A DNA stretch of 64,000 bases, taken from contig CAVSHR010000004.1 in NCBI GenBank assembly GCA_963727625.1, forward strand, positions 512,001 to 576,000, written 5' to 3'. Made by a program: the position numbers and the translations under genes. The notes beneath the pieces were generated by a model, which had not been told where the DNA came from, did no database searches, and worked only from the letters and a program-made list of their open reading frames with translations. Numbering within the stretch: position 1 is the first letter of the stretch; the number at the start of each line of letters is the position of its first letter. Below, in pieces: positions 51,257-60,598 of this stretch. Origin of the DNA: an uncultured delta proteobacterium (GTDB lineage Bacteria; Desulfobacterota; Binatia; UBA9968).

Positions 51257-51736
51257 GAAAAAAAGCAACACTGAAGCGATTACGCTGGATCGAGCGTTAA
51301 TTGGAAAACTCGGCGATGGCCACTTCGAGCCCGCTCACGCATGATGTGGGATCTGGAGCATTGTCTCCCGGGCCCTGGTATCCAGGAAGCCCCCCCTTGG
51401 AGTACCTAAAACCGAAACAAACCCAAAGCTCTATCGTTGTAAAGAGCGCCCCATGCGTCAAACTGATAGACAAATCTTGCTATCAGTTCACTCGGCTCTG
51501 AGGCTGCTGGGGAGCGCTCCCCCTGATCCAGCGACTCCAGCCTTCGCTAGCTTCTGGTCGGAAAAAGAGAATCCACACCACTACGCCGCATTGCCATTTC
51601 AATCAACTAAGACGGCTAAATAAGTGGACTAATCTGATGCGCAACCAGGACGATTAATCAATTAGAATTAAGCACATCCAAAACTTGCGATAAATGAGCT
51701 AAGCACATGATATTCAACAACAAAAATAATCACATC

Positions 51737-51765
51737 TTGACTCCGTTATAATTTTCCGTTATATA
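51737..51765 (+). promoter_or_regulatory. Putative sigma70 promoter of the homoserine kinase gene
   Basis: TTGACT-17 nt-TATATA, preceded by an AT-rich tract. Confidence 0.6.
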
Positions 51766-51853
51766 TACGGGGGTTAGGTGGTTCTGGCAGCAAATCACCA
51801 GGGCCCGAGTCAAAAGTCGGTAGTCTAAATTTCGGCAGGATCGCAAATAGCGA

Positions 51854-52876
51854 ATGGCCATTTATACGACACTCTCCAAGAAAGACATATCCAAGATCGT
51901 CGACGAATTCGGTCTCGGCGATCTCACCTCATTCACCGGCATAAAAAACGGCTCGGTGAATACACATTATCTTATTGAAACAAAGCGCGGCAAATACTTC
52001 GCCAAAATCGATGAGGTCAAAAGTGAAGTTGAAGTGAAGCAAGAGTTGGATCTTTTGTTGCACCTACGCAAGCAAAACTTCCCATGCCTCCAACCGCTCA
52101 AGACCAGGAGCGGGCGTTTTCACCTCGAGTTTCAAGGAAAATGTCTCACGGTCAGCCGCTATGTGGAGGGTCTCGATCTGCCCGTGGGAGCGATAACGCC
52201 GATCCATTTAGGCGCCCTGGGCCACGCTTTGGCGAATCTTCATTTAATCGGTCGCAGCTATAAGAAAGGCATCGACAATCGCTTTGGATTCAATCGCATC
52301 GTTGCGATTTATCGCGAAGTGCGTCGACAGCTCCCCTCCCACCTTAAAAATATTGTGAGGGTACTGGATGACGAGTTTACCTATCTCGAGAATTATCTCG
52401 ATAATAATTTGCCCAAAGGGATAATTCACGGCGACTTGTTTCCCGACAACGTGAAGTTTAAGGGCAACCGATTGACGGGTATCATGGACTTCGAGGCGGC
52501 TTGCCGCGGCAAACTCATTTACGACCTCGCCACCGCCGTCAATGCGCTATGCTTCATCGAAGACCGCTATCGCATCGACCGTTTCGAGGCATTGATCTCA
52601 GGTTATGAGGGCCTGCGCCCGCTATCTTTGCCGGAATGGGACTCCTTTCCCAACGAACTGCGTTTTTCCGCATTGCGCTTTACCGTAACCCGTATCAAGG
52701 ATTTTTACCTTCGTAGCGTGAATGAGAACCAGCGCGTATACAAAGACTTCAAAGAATTTTACGATCGGCTGCTAATTTTGCGGCGGGAAAAGAGCGGCGG
52801 AATGGAAGACATCTTACTGGCCATGGCAACCGGTTACGATTATCGCAAGTACCAAAAATCAAAGCCCTCCAAATAG
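51854..52876 (+). CDS. thrB: Type II homoserine kinase (APH-like fold)
   Basis: MAIYT, GIKNGSVNTHY, LPKGIIHGDLFPDNV, IMDF, ALRFTVTR. Confidence 0.85.
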   Translation: MAIYTTLSKKDISKIVDEFGLGDLTSFTGIKNGSVNTHYLIETKRGKYFAKIDEVKSEVEVKQELDLLLHLRKQNFPCLQPLKTRSGRFHLEFQGKCLTVSRYVEGLDLPVGAITPIHLGALGHALANLHLIGRSYKKGIDNRFGFNRIVAIYREVRRQLPSHLKNIVRVLDDEFTYLENYLDNNLPKGIIHGDLFPDNVKFKGNRLTGIMDFEAACRGKLIYDLATAVNALCFIEDRYRIDRFEALISGYEGLRPLSLPEWDSFPNELRFSALRFTVTRIKDFYLRSVNENQRVYKDFKEFYDRLLILRREKSGGMEDILLAMATGYDYRKYQKSKPSK

Positions 52877-52892
52877 TCCCGCAACAAGTTTA

Positions 52893-53321
52893 TTAGCCGG
52901 TATGTTCTTGCGGCTCGGTCAGCCGCTTGATTTTCAATTTTGTGTCGCGCCGAATGAGACGAACCAACGCCATTAAAGTCACGACCGCACCGGCGAAAAA
53001 CAGCATTCTGCCACCGGTCAAAACGACGTAAAAGAAATTGAGCTTGACCCGCGCTCCGTTATATTTTTCGCGGTCTTCATTGATGCGACGAAGCACCTCT
53101 TCATTTTTCTGATGATCGAGCTCTTGAAAGCTCCGATAACTCTCTTCCAGGCCGGTTCGCGCAGTTTTATATAAGAGAGCTTGATACTTGGAGGTTTCCA
53201 CCGCCCCCACCACCCAATTGCCGATCCCCATGATTAGACAGACCAAACCTGTAACCAACAGATAACTGGAATAAATTTCCCGCAGCTTCATGATGATTCG
53301 ATCGACAAACCGTTCCGACAA
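52893..53321 (-). CDS. Hypothetical two-TM membrane protein
   Basis: Two hydrophobic segments flanking a charged helical loop; start uncertain. Confidence 0.7.
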   Translation of the reverse strand: MSERFVDRIIMKLREIYSSYLLVTGLVCLIMGIGNWVVGAVETSKYQALLYKTARTGLEESYRSFQELDHQKNEEVLRRINEDREKYNGARVKLNFFYVVLTGGRMLFFAGAVVTLMALVRLIRRDTKLKIKRLTEPQEHTG

Positions 53322-53409
53322 TCAAATAATAACGAGCTTGAAAAAATATTGCTAGCCCAAGCCCCAATCATTTGCACCGGATGGGGGAGTCGCTTAGTAT
53401 TCCTTATAA

Positions 53410-54135
53410 ATGGGCCGTTATGTAATCGGCGATATACATGGCTGCGCTGATGAGCTCCGTCGGCTTGTCGAGGCATTGCCCCTGACCCGCGGTGATCAGC
53501 TGGTTTTTCTCGGCGACTATGTCGACCGGGGCCCGGATTCAAACGCAGTCGTCTCCTATTTGATTTCGCTTCAGGGGCTTGCCAATCAAGTCGAAGTGGT
53601 GTTTCTGCGCGGCAATCACGAGGATATGTTTCTCTCCTATCTCGGAATTGGCGGCCATCACGGCGACATGTTTTTGATCAACGGCGGTAAAGCAACGCTG
53701 GAGAGCTATGGCCTGGGACCGGATGATTTAAGCGCCGAAAAGGCGCTCTCGGTGATTCCGGCCGAACAATTGAACTTTTTTGGAGAACTCCAAAATTACT
53801 ATTTGATGGATTCGTTTTTATGCGTACACGCGGGCATACACCCGGAGAAGCCGCTTGCGGAACAGAGCGACGAAGAGCTGCTGTGGATCCGCAGCACGTT
53901 CATCTACCAATCTCACAGCCTGCCGTACACGGTTCTCTTCGGGCATACGCCCCAACCCACCGTGCTCTATGATTTACCCTATAAAGTCGGGTTGGACACT
54001 GGGCTGGTTTACGGTAACATGTTGACTTGTCTCGAGGTAGATGAAAAAGTTCTGTTTCAGATTAGCCGAGGAAGAAAGCGCGTTAGCCGGACTTCCGTGC
54101 AGTCCAAGTGGGACCTGGCCTCCAATTTCACTTGA
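53410..54135 (+). CDS. PPP-family metallophosphoesterase (PrpA/ApaH-like)
   Basis: GDIHG, GDYVDRG, RGNHE, HAG, FGHTP, DTG. Confidence 0.93.
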   Translation: MGRYVIGDIHGCADELRRLVEALPLTRGDQLVFLGDYVDRGPDSNAVVSYLISLQGLANQVEVVFLRGNHEDMFLSYLGIGGHHGDMFLINGGKATLESYGLGPDDLSAEKALSVIPAEQLNFFGELQNYYLMDSFLCVHAGIHPEKPLAEQSDEELLWIRSTFIYQSHSLPYTVLFGHTPQPTVLYDLPYKVGLDTGLVYGNMLTCLEVDEKVLFQISRGRKRVSRTSVQSKWDLASNFT

Positions 54136-54139
54136 CTGC

Positions 54140-54168
54140 TTGACCTTTTTCCTACCCCATCATAGTTT
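54140..54168 (+). promoter_or_regulatory. Putative tRNA promoter
   Basis: TTGACC-17 nt-TAGTTT, 11 nt upstream of the tRNA. Confidence 0.5.
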
Positions 54169-54179
54169 AGCTTTTCCAT

Positions 54180-54256
54180 GGCGGTGTAGCTCAGTTGGTC
54201 AGAGCACGCGGCTCATATCCGCGGCGTCGGCGGTTCGACTCCGCCCACCGCCACCA
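54180..54256 (+). tRNA. tRNA with CAT anticodon, probably elongator tRNA-Met
   Basis: GGCGGTG/CACCGCC acceptor (G1-C72 paired, so not initiator), CGCGG-CTCATAT-CCGCG, GGTTCGACT, CCA; Ile2 not formally excluded. Confidence 0.93.
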
Positions 54257-54299
54257 TTCGTTCCAAACCCGGCTTGCACCAACGCGTGGAACGCCGCTG

Positions 54300-55019
54300 C
54301 TAAAATTTTTCCGTCCATGCCGCGCTGCTGTAGCGCTCGCGGACCAGCGCATGGATTCGCGCCAAGGGAGTTTCACACATGACATCGTGTGCATTCCAAG
54401 CATAGCGCAAACCGGCGCATAATCTCGCCGCATCGATGTTCAAATTGGTAATGAATTCAAGATGAGATCGGTTACGACGATAATCCGGCTGCTTGGACGG
54501 CATCAGCAGACAGTGCGCAATCAAGCGAAGATCGAAACTTAGCAAAAACGTACCGTGTACCAGCACACAAGTGGATTTTCGGTACTGGGCGTTGCCCGAG
54601 AACTTGCGGTCGGCCAAGGTCAGATCGCTGACTCCGTTAATCCGCGCTTGCGCACCGCACAACCCCTTGAACAAGCGGCCATGGCGCCGCAACACAAAGT
54701 TAAATGCCGCGCTGATATTTCTTAGACGGCGGTCACGACTGCCGAGAATTAATGAATAGTTGAGGATTCCCGGCCCTTGTAATATAGCTCCGCCGCCGCT
54801 GATGCGCCGCAAAATTGGGATGCGATTTTTCTTGCAGGCTTCGAGGTTGACTTCAGAGCGCAGACGATTAGCGTGACCGAGCACGACGAAATAACCCTTC
54901 GGCTGCCAAACTCGCAAACAGCCGCCAGGCAATTGCTCGCGTTCGAACAACTCCAACAAAGCTTCGTCGCAGGCGAGATTCGCTGAAGGATCGGCGAAAG
55001 TTAGATCAAGGTATTTCAT
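54300..55019 (-). CDS. lplA: Lipoate-protein ligase family (LplA/LipM-like catalytic domain)
   Basis: NLACDEALL, RRISGGGA, RKFSGNAQ, HGTFL; divergent from the PDH operon. Confidence 0.88.
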   Translation of the reverse strand: MKYLDLTFADPSANLACDEALLELFEREQLPGGCLRVWQPKGYFVVLGHANRLRSEVNLEACKKNRIPILRRISGGGAILQGPGILNYSLILGSRDRRLRNISAAFNFVLRRHGRLFKGLCGAQARINGVSDLTLADRKFSGNAQYRKSTCVLVHGTFLLSFDLRLIAHCLLMPSKQPDYRRNRSHLEFITNLNIDAARLCAGLRYAWNAHDVMCETPLARIHALVRERYSSAAWTEKF

Positions 55020-55079
55020 CAAATTCAGTTGATTTTAATCATTTTTTGTTGTCTGTTAAAATGACGGAGACGGGGCTGA

Positions 55080-57803
55080 ATGGACTTAGAAAAAAAACTA
55101 ACAAGCGGCGCACCGACGACAGCGGTTAGCGACCTTGAGAATGGCAGAGGGATTAAGAATGATCGCCATAAATGGGTGTCGTCGCTTGAAGACCTCCTAC
55201 AATATATTTTCAAAAACGAGCAATCGGAGCAGGCCTCGTTGCTGCTCGAAGAGCTCAACGATCGGCTGCGCGACTCGGGGCTGAAAATTCCGCACCGGGT
55301 CAGTACGCCTTACATTAATACCATCCCCGCGGAAAAAGAGCCGCCCTACCCGGGAAATCGGGAGATCGAGCGACGGATCAAGAGTTATGTGCGTTGGAAC
55401 GCCATGGCGATGGTGGTCAAGGCCAACCGCCTTCATGCCGATATCGGCGGTCATATCTCGACCTACGCTTCGTCTGCAACGCTATACGAAGTGGGCTTTA
55501 ATCATTTTTTCCGCGGCGGCGACGGTGATCGATACGGCGACATGGTCTATTTCCAAGGCCATGCCTCGCCGGGCATTTACTCTCGCGCTTACGTGGAGTG
55601 GCGCATCAATGCCCCCAAACTGCATCACTTTCGCCAGGAGCTTTCGTCGGGGGGCGGCGTCTCCTCCTATCCGCATCCGTATTTGATGCCGGACTTTTGG
55701 CAGTTTCCGTCGGTGTCCATGGGCCTGGCGCCGATCATGTCGATTTACCAGGCGCGCTTTGTACGTTATCTCAAGAGCCGGGGCTTGTTGACCGCCGCAG
55801 AGCCTCGCGTCTGGTGTTTCGCCGGCGACGGTGAAATGGACGAGCCCGAATCCACCGGCGCGTTGACGCTTGCGGCACGGGAAAATCTCGACAACCTGGT
55901 TTGGGTCGTCAACTGCAATTTGCAACGGCTCGACGGTCCGGTGCGCGGCAACGGTAAAATTATTCAAGAACTCGAAGCGCTGTTCCGCGGCGCGGGATGG
56001 AACGTCATCAAAGTGATTTGGGGCTCGGATTGGGATTCTTTGCTCGCCGCCGACAACCAAGGCCTATTACTTAAACGAATGGAAGAAGCCGTCGACGGCG
56101 AGTATCAGAAATACTCTGTCGAGCCCGGCAGCTACACGCGCAAAAATTTCTTTGGTAAATACCCAGAGCTTTTGGAGATGGTCAATCACCTAACCGACGA
56201 TCAAATTCGTAAGCTCTTGCGCGGCGGCCATGATCCGAAAAAAGTCTACGCGGCGTACAAAACCGCGATCGAGCACAAAGGTGGACCGACCGTCATCCTG
56301 GCAAAAACCGTCAAAGGGTACGGTCTAGGCGAAGCCGGCGAGGGCAGAAATATCACGCACCAGCAGAAGAAACTGAACGAGCGGGAGCTGCGCGAGTTTC
56401 GCAGCCGCTTCGACATTCCGCTCCCCGACGAGGAAGTCGTCGAGACGCCCTTCTATAGGCCGCCGCTGGACAGCCCTGAAACGGAGTATTTACTCGCACG
56501 GCGCAAACAGCTCGGCGGTTTCATTCCGCAGCGCAGGGTTAACGCCAAGCCGTTTAAGCTCCCCGATGCCGGCGAATACGCCGAACTTCTCAAAGGCTCG
56601 GGCGAGCACAGTACGTCAACGACGATGGCGGCGGTTCGGCTGCTGTCGAAGTTATTGCGCCACGAAGAAATTGGCAAGCTGATCGTGCCGATCATTCCCG
56701 ACGAAGCGCGCACGTTTGGCATGGACTCGCTGTTTCGCCAAATCGGTATTTACTCGCCAAAGGGCCAGCTTTACGAGCCCGTCGACCGGGAAACACTGCT
56801 TTATTACAACGAGACGAAGGACGGTCAGATCCTCGAGGAAGGCATCACCGAGGCCGGCTCAATGTCGTCGTTTATTGCCGCGGGCACCGCGTACGCCAAC
56901 CTGGGACTCAACCTGATTCCGTTCTACTTCTACTACTCCATGTTCGGCTTTCAACGCATCGGCGATCTCATCTGGGCGGCAGCAGACAGCAAGGCGAAAG
57001 GCTTTCTGCTTGGAGCCACGGCCGGTCGCACCACGCTTAACGGCGAGGGTTTGCAGCACCAGGACGGCCACAGCCATTTGTTAGCCAGCACGGTTCCGAC
57101 CTTGCTTACCTACGATGCCGCGTTTGGCTATGAGATCGCGGTCATTATCAAGGACGGCTTGCGCCGTCTTTACGCGGAAGGGGAGGAGTACTTTTACTAC
57201 CTGACGCTTTACAATGAGAGCTATCCGATGCCGGAAATACCGAACGGCGTTGAGGATGGTATCCTCAAAGGGTTGTATAAATTGGCCCCGGCAACCAAAG
57301 GGAAGAAATTCAAAGCGCATATTTTTGGCAGCGGCCCGCTGCTGCGCGAAGGCCTACGAGCGCAGAAAATTCTCGCCGAGCAATTTGATATTGCCGCAGA
57401 TGTTTGGAGCGTCACCAGTTACAAGCTTTTGCGCGGCGACGCGCTGCGGACGAAACGCTGGAACATGCTTCATCCGACCGCAGCGCCGAAGAAATCCTAT
57501 CTGGAAGCGCTGCTGCAGGATGAGGAAGGTCCGTTTATCGCGGTGTCCGATTTCATGAAAATGGTTCCGGATCAAATCGCGCCTTGGGTGCCCGGCGGAC
57601 TAATGACCCTCGGTACCGATGGCTTCGGCCGTAGCGACACCCGGCAAAACCTCCGAAGATTCTTCGAAGTCGACGCGGAGCTCACTGCCGTGGCGACGCT
57701 TTATGCACTCTATCAGAAGGGGTCTTTGCCGGCGCAGACGGTCGAAGACGCGATAAAAAAACTCGGCATAGATCCGGAAAAAGCCTACCCGTTTTATCTC
57801 TGA
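55080..57803 (+). CDS. aceE: Pyruvate dehydrogenase E1, homodimeric type
   Basis: GGHISTYAS, QGHASPG, GDGEMDEPES..NCN (TPP motif), EGLQHQDG, LGTDGFGRSD. Confidence 0.96.
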   Translation: MDLEKKLTSGAPTTAVSDLENGRGIKNDRHKWVSSLEDLLQYIFKNEQSEQASLLLEELNDRLRDSGLKIPHRVSTPYINTIPAEKEPPYPGNREIERRIKSYVRWNAMAMVVKANRLHADIGGHISTYASSATLYEVGFNHFFRGGDGDRYGDMVYFQGHASPGIYSRAYVEWRINAPKLHHFRQELSSGGGVSSYPHPYLMPDFWQFPSVSMGLAPIMSIYQARFVRYLKSRGLLTAAEPRVWCFAGDGEMDEPESTGALTLAARENLDNLVWVVNCNLQRLDGPVRGNGKIIQELEALFRGAGWNVIKVIWGSDWDSLLAADNQGLLLKRMEEAVDGEYQKYSVEPGSYTRKNFFGKYPELLEMVNHLTDDQIRKLLRGGHDPKKVYAAYKTAIEHKGGPTVILAKTVKGYGLGEAGEGRNITHQQKKLNERELREFRSRFDIPLPDEEVVETPFYRPPLDSPETEYLLARRKQLGGFIPQRRVNAKPFKLPDAGEYAELLKGSGEHSTSTTMAAVRLLSKLLRHEEIGKLIVPIIPDEARTFGMDSLFRQIGIYSPKGQLYEPVDRETLLYYNETKDGQILEEGITEAGSMSSFIAAGTAYANLGLNLIPFYFYYSMFGFQRIGDLIWAAADSKAKGFLLGATAGRTTLNGEGLQHQDGHSHLLASTVPTLLTYDAAFGYEIAVIIKDGLRRLYAEGEEYFYYLTLYNESYPMPEIPNGVEDGILKGLYKLAPATKGKKFKAHIFGSGPLLREGLRAQKILAEQFDIAADVWSVTSYKLLRGDALRTKRWNMLHPTAAPKKSYLEALLQDEEGPFIAVSDFMKMVPDQIAPWVPGGLMTLGTDGFGRSDTRQNLRRFFEVDAELTAVATLYALYQKGSLPAQTVEDAIKKLGIDPEKAYPFYL

Positions 57804-57833
57804 TCACGCAAAGGACATCGGCATAAACTTCTC

Positions 57834-59138
57834 ATGGACGTCAAACTTCCCCAGCTTGCCGAAGGTGTAGAATCCGGCACAGTCGTCAACGTTCTGGTCG
57901 CCGAAGGCCAGGAGATTACGACCGACCAGGCCATCATGGAACTAGAAACCCAGAAGGCGGTCGGCTCAATTCCCGCCCCCAGCTCCGGCGTGGTTACAAA
58001 AATTCATGTCAAGCAAGGTATGGAAGTGACCGTCGGCCAGGTTCTTATCTCTCTCGATCCGAGCGGTGATGCCGCGGCAAGATCTCCAGCCGGCGCCGCA
58101 CCGAGCGTGCCGCCACCGCCTGACAAAGATGCCCCGACATCGCAAACTCGAGGTGCGCAGGCAACACCGCAAGCCGCACCCATGGATTACCGTTACGAGT
58201 CGAAGAGCGGCGTGTCACCTCCAGCCCCGCCGTCGATTCGCAAGATCGCGCGCGATTTGGGCATCGATCTCAACCGAGTCAAAGGCAGCCAAGCCGGCGG
58301 TAGAATCACTGTGACGGATCTGCGCGACTACGTTCAACGACTCCAACAAATCGCGTTCCAGGGCGCTGGCGCGGAGGCGCCTGCTGCCACACCGGCGGCA
58401 AGACCCGGCCAAGCCATCGATTTCAGCAAATGGGGACCGATACGGCGTGAAAAGATGTCACCGCTCAGACGAACGGTGAGCCGCCGCATGGTCGAATCAT
58501 GGACCACGATTCCGAAAATCAACCAATTTGCCGAAGCGGACATCACCGCGCTCCTGACCCTGCGCAAGAAATACGCCGCCAGCTTCGAGAAGAAAGACGC
58601 GCATCTGACGTTGACGTCGTTTCTGCTTCTGGTGGTCGGCCGCGTGCTGAAAAAATTTCCGCGCGCCAACGCGAGCATCGACGAAGCCGCTTTGGAAATT
58701 GTCTTTAAAGATTACTGCCATATCGGCATCGCCGTCGATACCGAAGGGGGTTTGATCGTCCCGGTGCTGCGCGACGTCGACAAGAAAAACATGTTGCAGA
58801 TTTCCACCGAGCTTCACGACTTCACCGAGAAAACTCGTCAACGAAAAATCGCCATCGAGGAACTCCAAGGCGGTACCTTTACGATCTCCAACCAAGGTAG
58901 CATCGGCGGCGGCTATTTTACTCCAATCATCTACGCGCCGCAGGTCGCTATTTTGGGCATCGGTCAAGGCCAAGCGAAGCCCGTGGCTGTTGACGGTAAG
59001 ATCGCCATCCGAACGATTTTGCCGCTGTGCCTGGCCTACGATCATCGCGTCCTGGACGGCGCCGATTCGGTGCGCTTCTTGAAAGAAGTCATAGCCGCTC
59101 TGGAGTCCTTTGATGAAAGGGACCTAAAGCTCAAGTAA
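57834..59138 (+). CDS. aceF: Dihydrolipoamide acyltransferase E2 with a single lipoyl domain
   Basis: Lipoyl domain (ETQKA), E3-binding PSIRKIARDLGIDL, catalytic DHRVLDG. Confidence 0.93.
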   Translation: MDVKLPQLAEGVESGTVVNVLVAEGQEITTDQAIMELETQKAVGSIPAPSSGVVTKIHVKQGMEVTVGQVLISLDPSGDAAARSPAGAAPSVPPPPDKDAPTSQTRGAQATPQAAPMDYRYESKSGVSPPAPPSIRKIARDLGIDLNRVKGSQAGGRITVTDLRDYVQRLQQIAFQGAGAEAPAATPAARPGQAIDFSKWGPIRREKMSPLRRTVSRRMVESWTTIPKINQFAEADITALLTLRKKYAASFEKKDAHLTLTSFLLLVVGRVLKKFPRANASIDEAALEIVFKDYCHIGIAVDTEGGLIVPVLRDVDKKNMLQISTELHDFTEKTRQRKIAIEELQGGTFTISNQGSIGGGYFTPIIYAPQVAILGIGQGQAKPVAVDGKIAIRTILPLCLAYDHRVLDGADSVRFLKEVIAALESFDERDLKLK

Positions 59139-59150
59139 AAATTTATCTCT

Positions 59151-60566
59151 ATGGAACCTCTAACCACTGACATTCTCGTCCTAGGCGCCGGCCCCGGCGG
59201 TTATACCGCAGCCTTTTACGCCGCCGACAAAGGCAAAAAAGTAACCTTGGTCGAGCAAAATCCGCGTCTGGGCGGCATTTGCCTCAACGTCGGCTGCATC
59301 CCGTCCAAAGCGTTGCTTCATGCCACCGAAATCATCCGCGAAGTGAAAGACTCGGCGCATCGCGGCATCGAATTCGGAAAGCCCACCGTCGATCTCGACA
59401 AGCTGCGCGCATGGAAAGACTCTATCCTCGACAAGCTCGGACAGGGAATCAAGACCCTGGCACAGCAGCGAAAAGTTAACGTGGTTCACGGCCGCGGTCA
59501 CTTTGAAGATTCGCAAACCCTGAGGGTCGAAACCGCCGAAGGTCAGAAATTCATCCGCTATGAAAAGGCGATCATCGCGGTGGGCTCGAAGCCGACCATG
59601 CCGAGCGCCTTTGACCTCGGCAACAAGCGAATTATGACTTCCACCGAAGCTTTGGAGCTGCCCGACGTTCCGCGAGACCTGCTGGTGGTGGGCGGCGGAT
59701 ATATCGGCATGGAGCTCGGTACAGTCTATGCCGCTCTCGGCAGTAACGTCGTCGTGCTCGAGGCGCTGCCGTCGATCCTGACCGGCATCGATGACGACCT
59801 AGCGCGGCCGCTGACTCGTGCGGCGCAAAAGGCCTTCAAAGAAATCCGTGTAAACACCAAAGTCGTCAAGATGGCGACGGCCGGCAAACAAATAAAAGTC
59901 ACGATGGAGATAAACAAACAGCAACACGAAGCGCTCTACGACCGCGTTTTAGTAAGCATCGGCCGCACGCCGAATTACAACGACCTCGGTCTCGAAAACA
60001 CCAAGGTCACCAAGGACGACAAAGGCTTCATCCACTGCAACGCGCAACAGCAAACCGCCGATGCGCATATCTATGCCATCGGCGATGTCAACGGTGGCGC
60101 GCTGCTCGCCCATCGGGCGACCAAGGAAGGGAGAATCGCCGTCGAAGCGATGCTCGGCGAGGCCAGTGCCTTCGAAAACATCGTTATTCCCGCGGTGGTC
60201 TACACCGACCCCGAAGTAGCCTGGTGCGGCCTCACCGAAAGCGAAGCCAAGTCAAAAAACATCGAAGTTAAAATAGCCAAATTTTTGTGGGGCGCATCGG
60301 GCCGTGCGCTCACTCTGGATCGTCCCGATGGTTTGACGAAACTCATCATCGAGCCTGAAACCGAGCGTATTCTCGGCGTAGGCATCGCCGGCGCTGGCGC
60401 CGGCGAATTGATCGCCGAGGGCGTACTCGCCGTCGAAATGGGCGCCACGGCGCGGGACATCGCCGATTCAGTCCATCCCCATCCGACCCTCTCCGAAACG
60501 CTCATGGAAGCGGCGGAGTCGTTTTACGGTACGGCGACACACACCTTGTCGCGGCGCAATTCTTAG
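59151..60566 (+). CDS. lpdA: Dihydrolipoamide dehydrogenase
   Basis: GAGPGGY, GGICLNVGCIPSK, GGGYIG, HPHPTLSE. Confidence 0.97.
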   Translation: MEPLTTDILVLGAGPGGYTAAFYAADKGKKVTLVEQNPRLGGICLNVGCIPSKALLHATEIIREVKDSAHRGIEFGKPTVDLDKLRAWKDSILDKLGQGIKTLAQQRKVNVVHGRGHFEDSQTLRVETAEGQKFIRYEKAIIAVGSKPTMPSAFDLGNKRIMTSTEALELPDVPRDLLVVGGGYIGMELGTVYAALGSNVVVLEALPSILTGIDDDLARPLTRAAQKAFKEIRVNTKVVKMATAGKQIKVTMEINKQQHEALYDRVLVSIGRTPNYNDLGLENTKVTKDDKGFIHCNAQQQTADAHIYAIGDVNGGALLAHRATKEGRIAVEAMLGEASAFENIVIPAVVYTDPEVAWCGLTESEAKSKNIEVKIAKFLWGASGRALTLDRPDGLTKLIIEPETERILGVGIAGAGAGELIAEGVLAVEMGATARDIADSVHPHPTLSETLMEAAESFYGTATHTLSRRNS

Positions 60567-60598
60567 CGCGCAAGGCGCTCAGTGATCCGGCTTCGTTA

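Noticed and set aside
51312-51335. GGCGATGG resembling the start of a fluoride riboswitch
   Set aside because: The downstream pairing (GUUCGCC) and pseudoknot elements are missing, and no crcB-type gene follows.
51301-51501. 66-aa ORF in the cspA-thrB gap
   Set aside because: TTG start without an SD, low-complexity product, and it overlaps promoter-like and structured elements.
45420-54256. Genomic island or prophage between the two tRNAs
   Set aside because: No integrase and no duplicated tRNA 3' end were seen, and the content is housekeeping.
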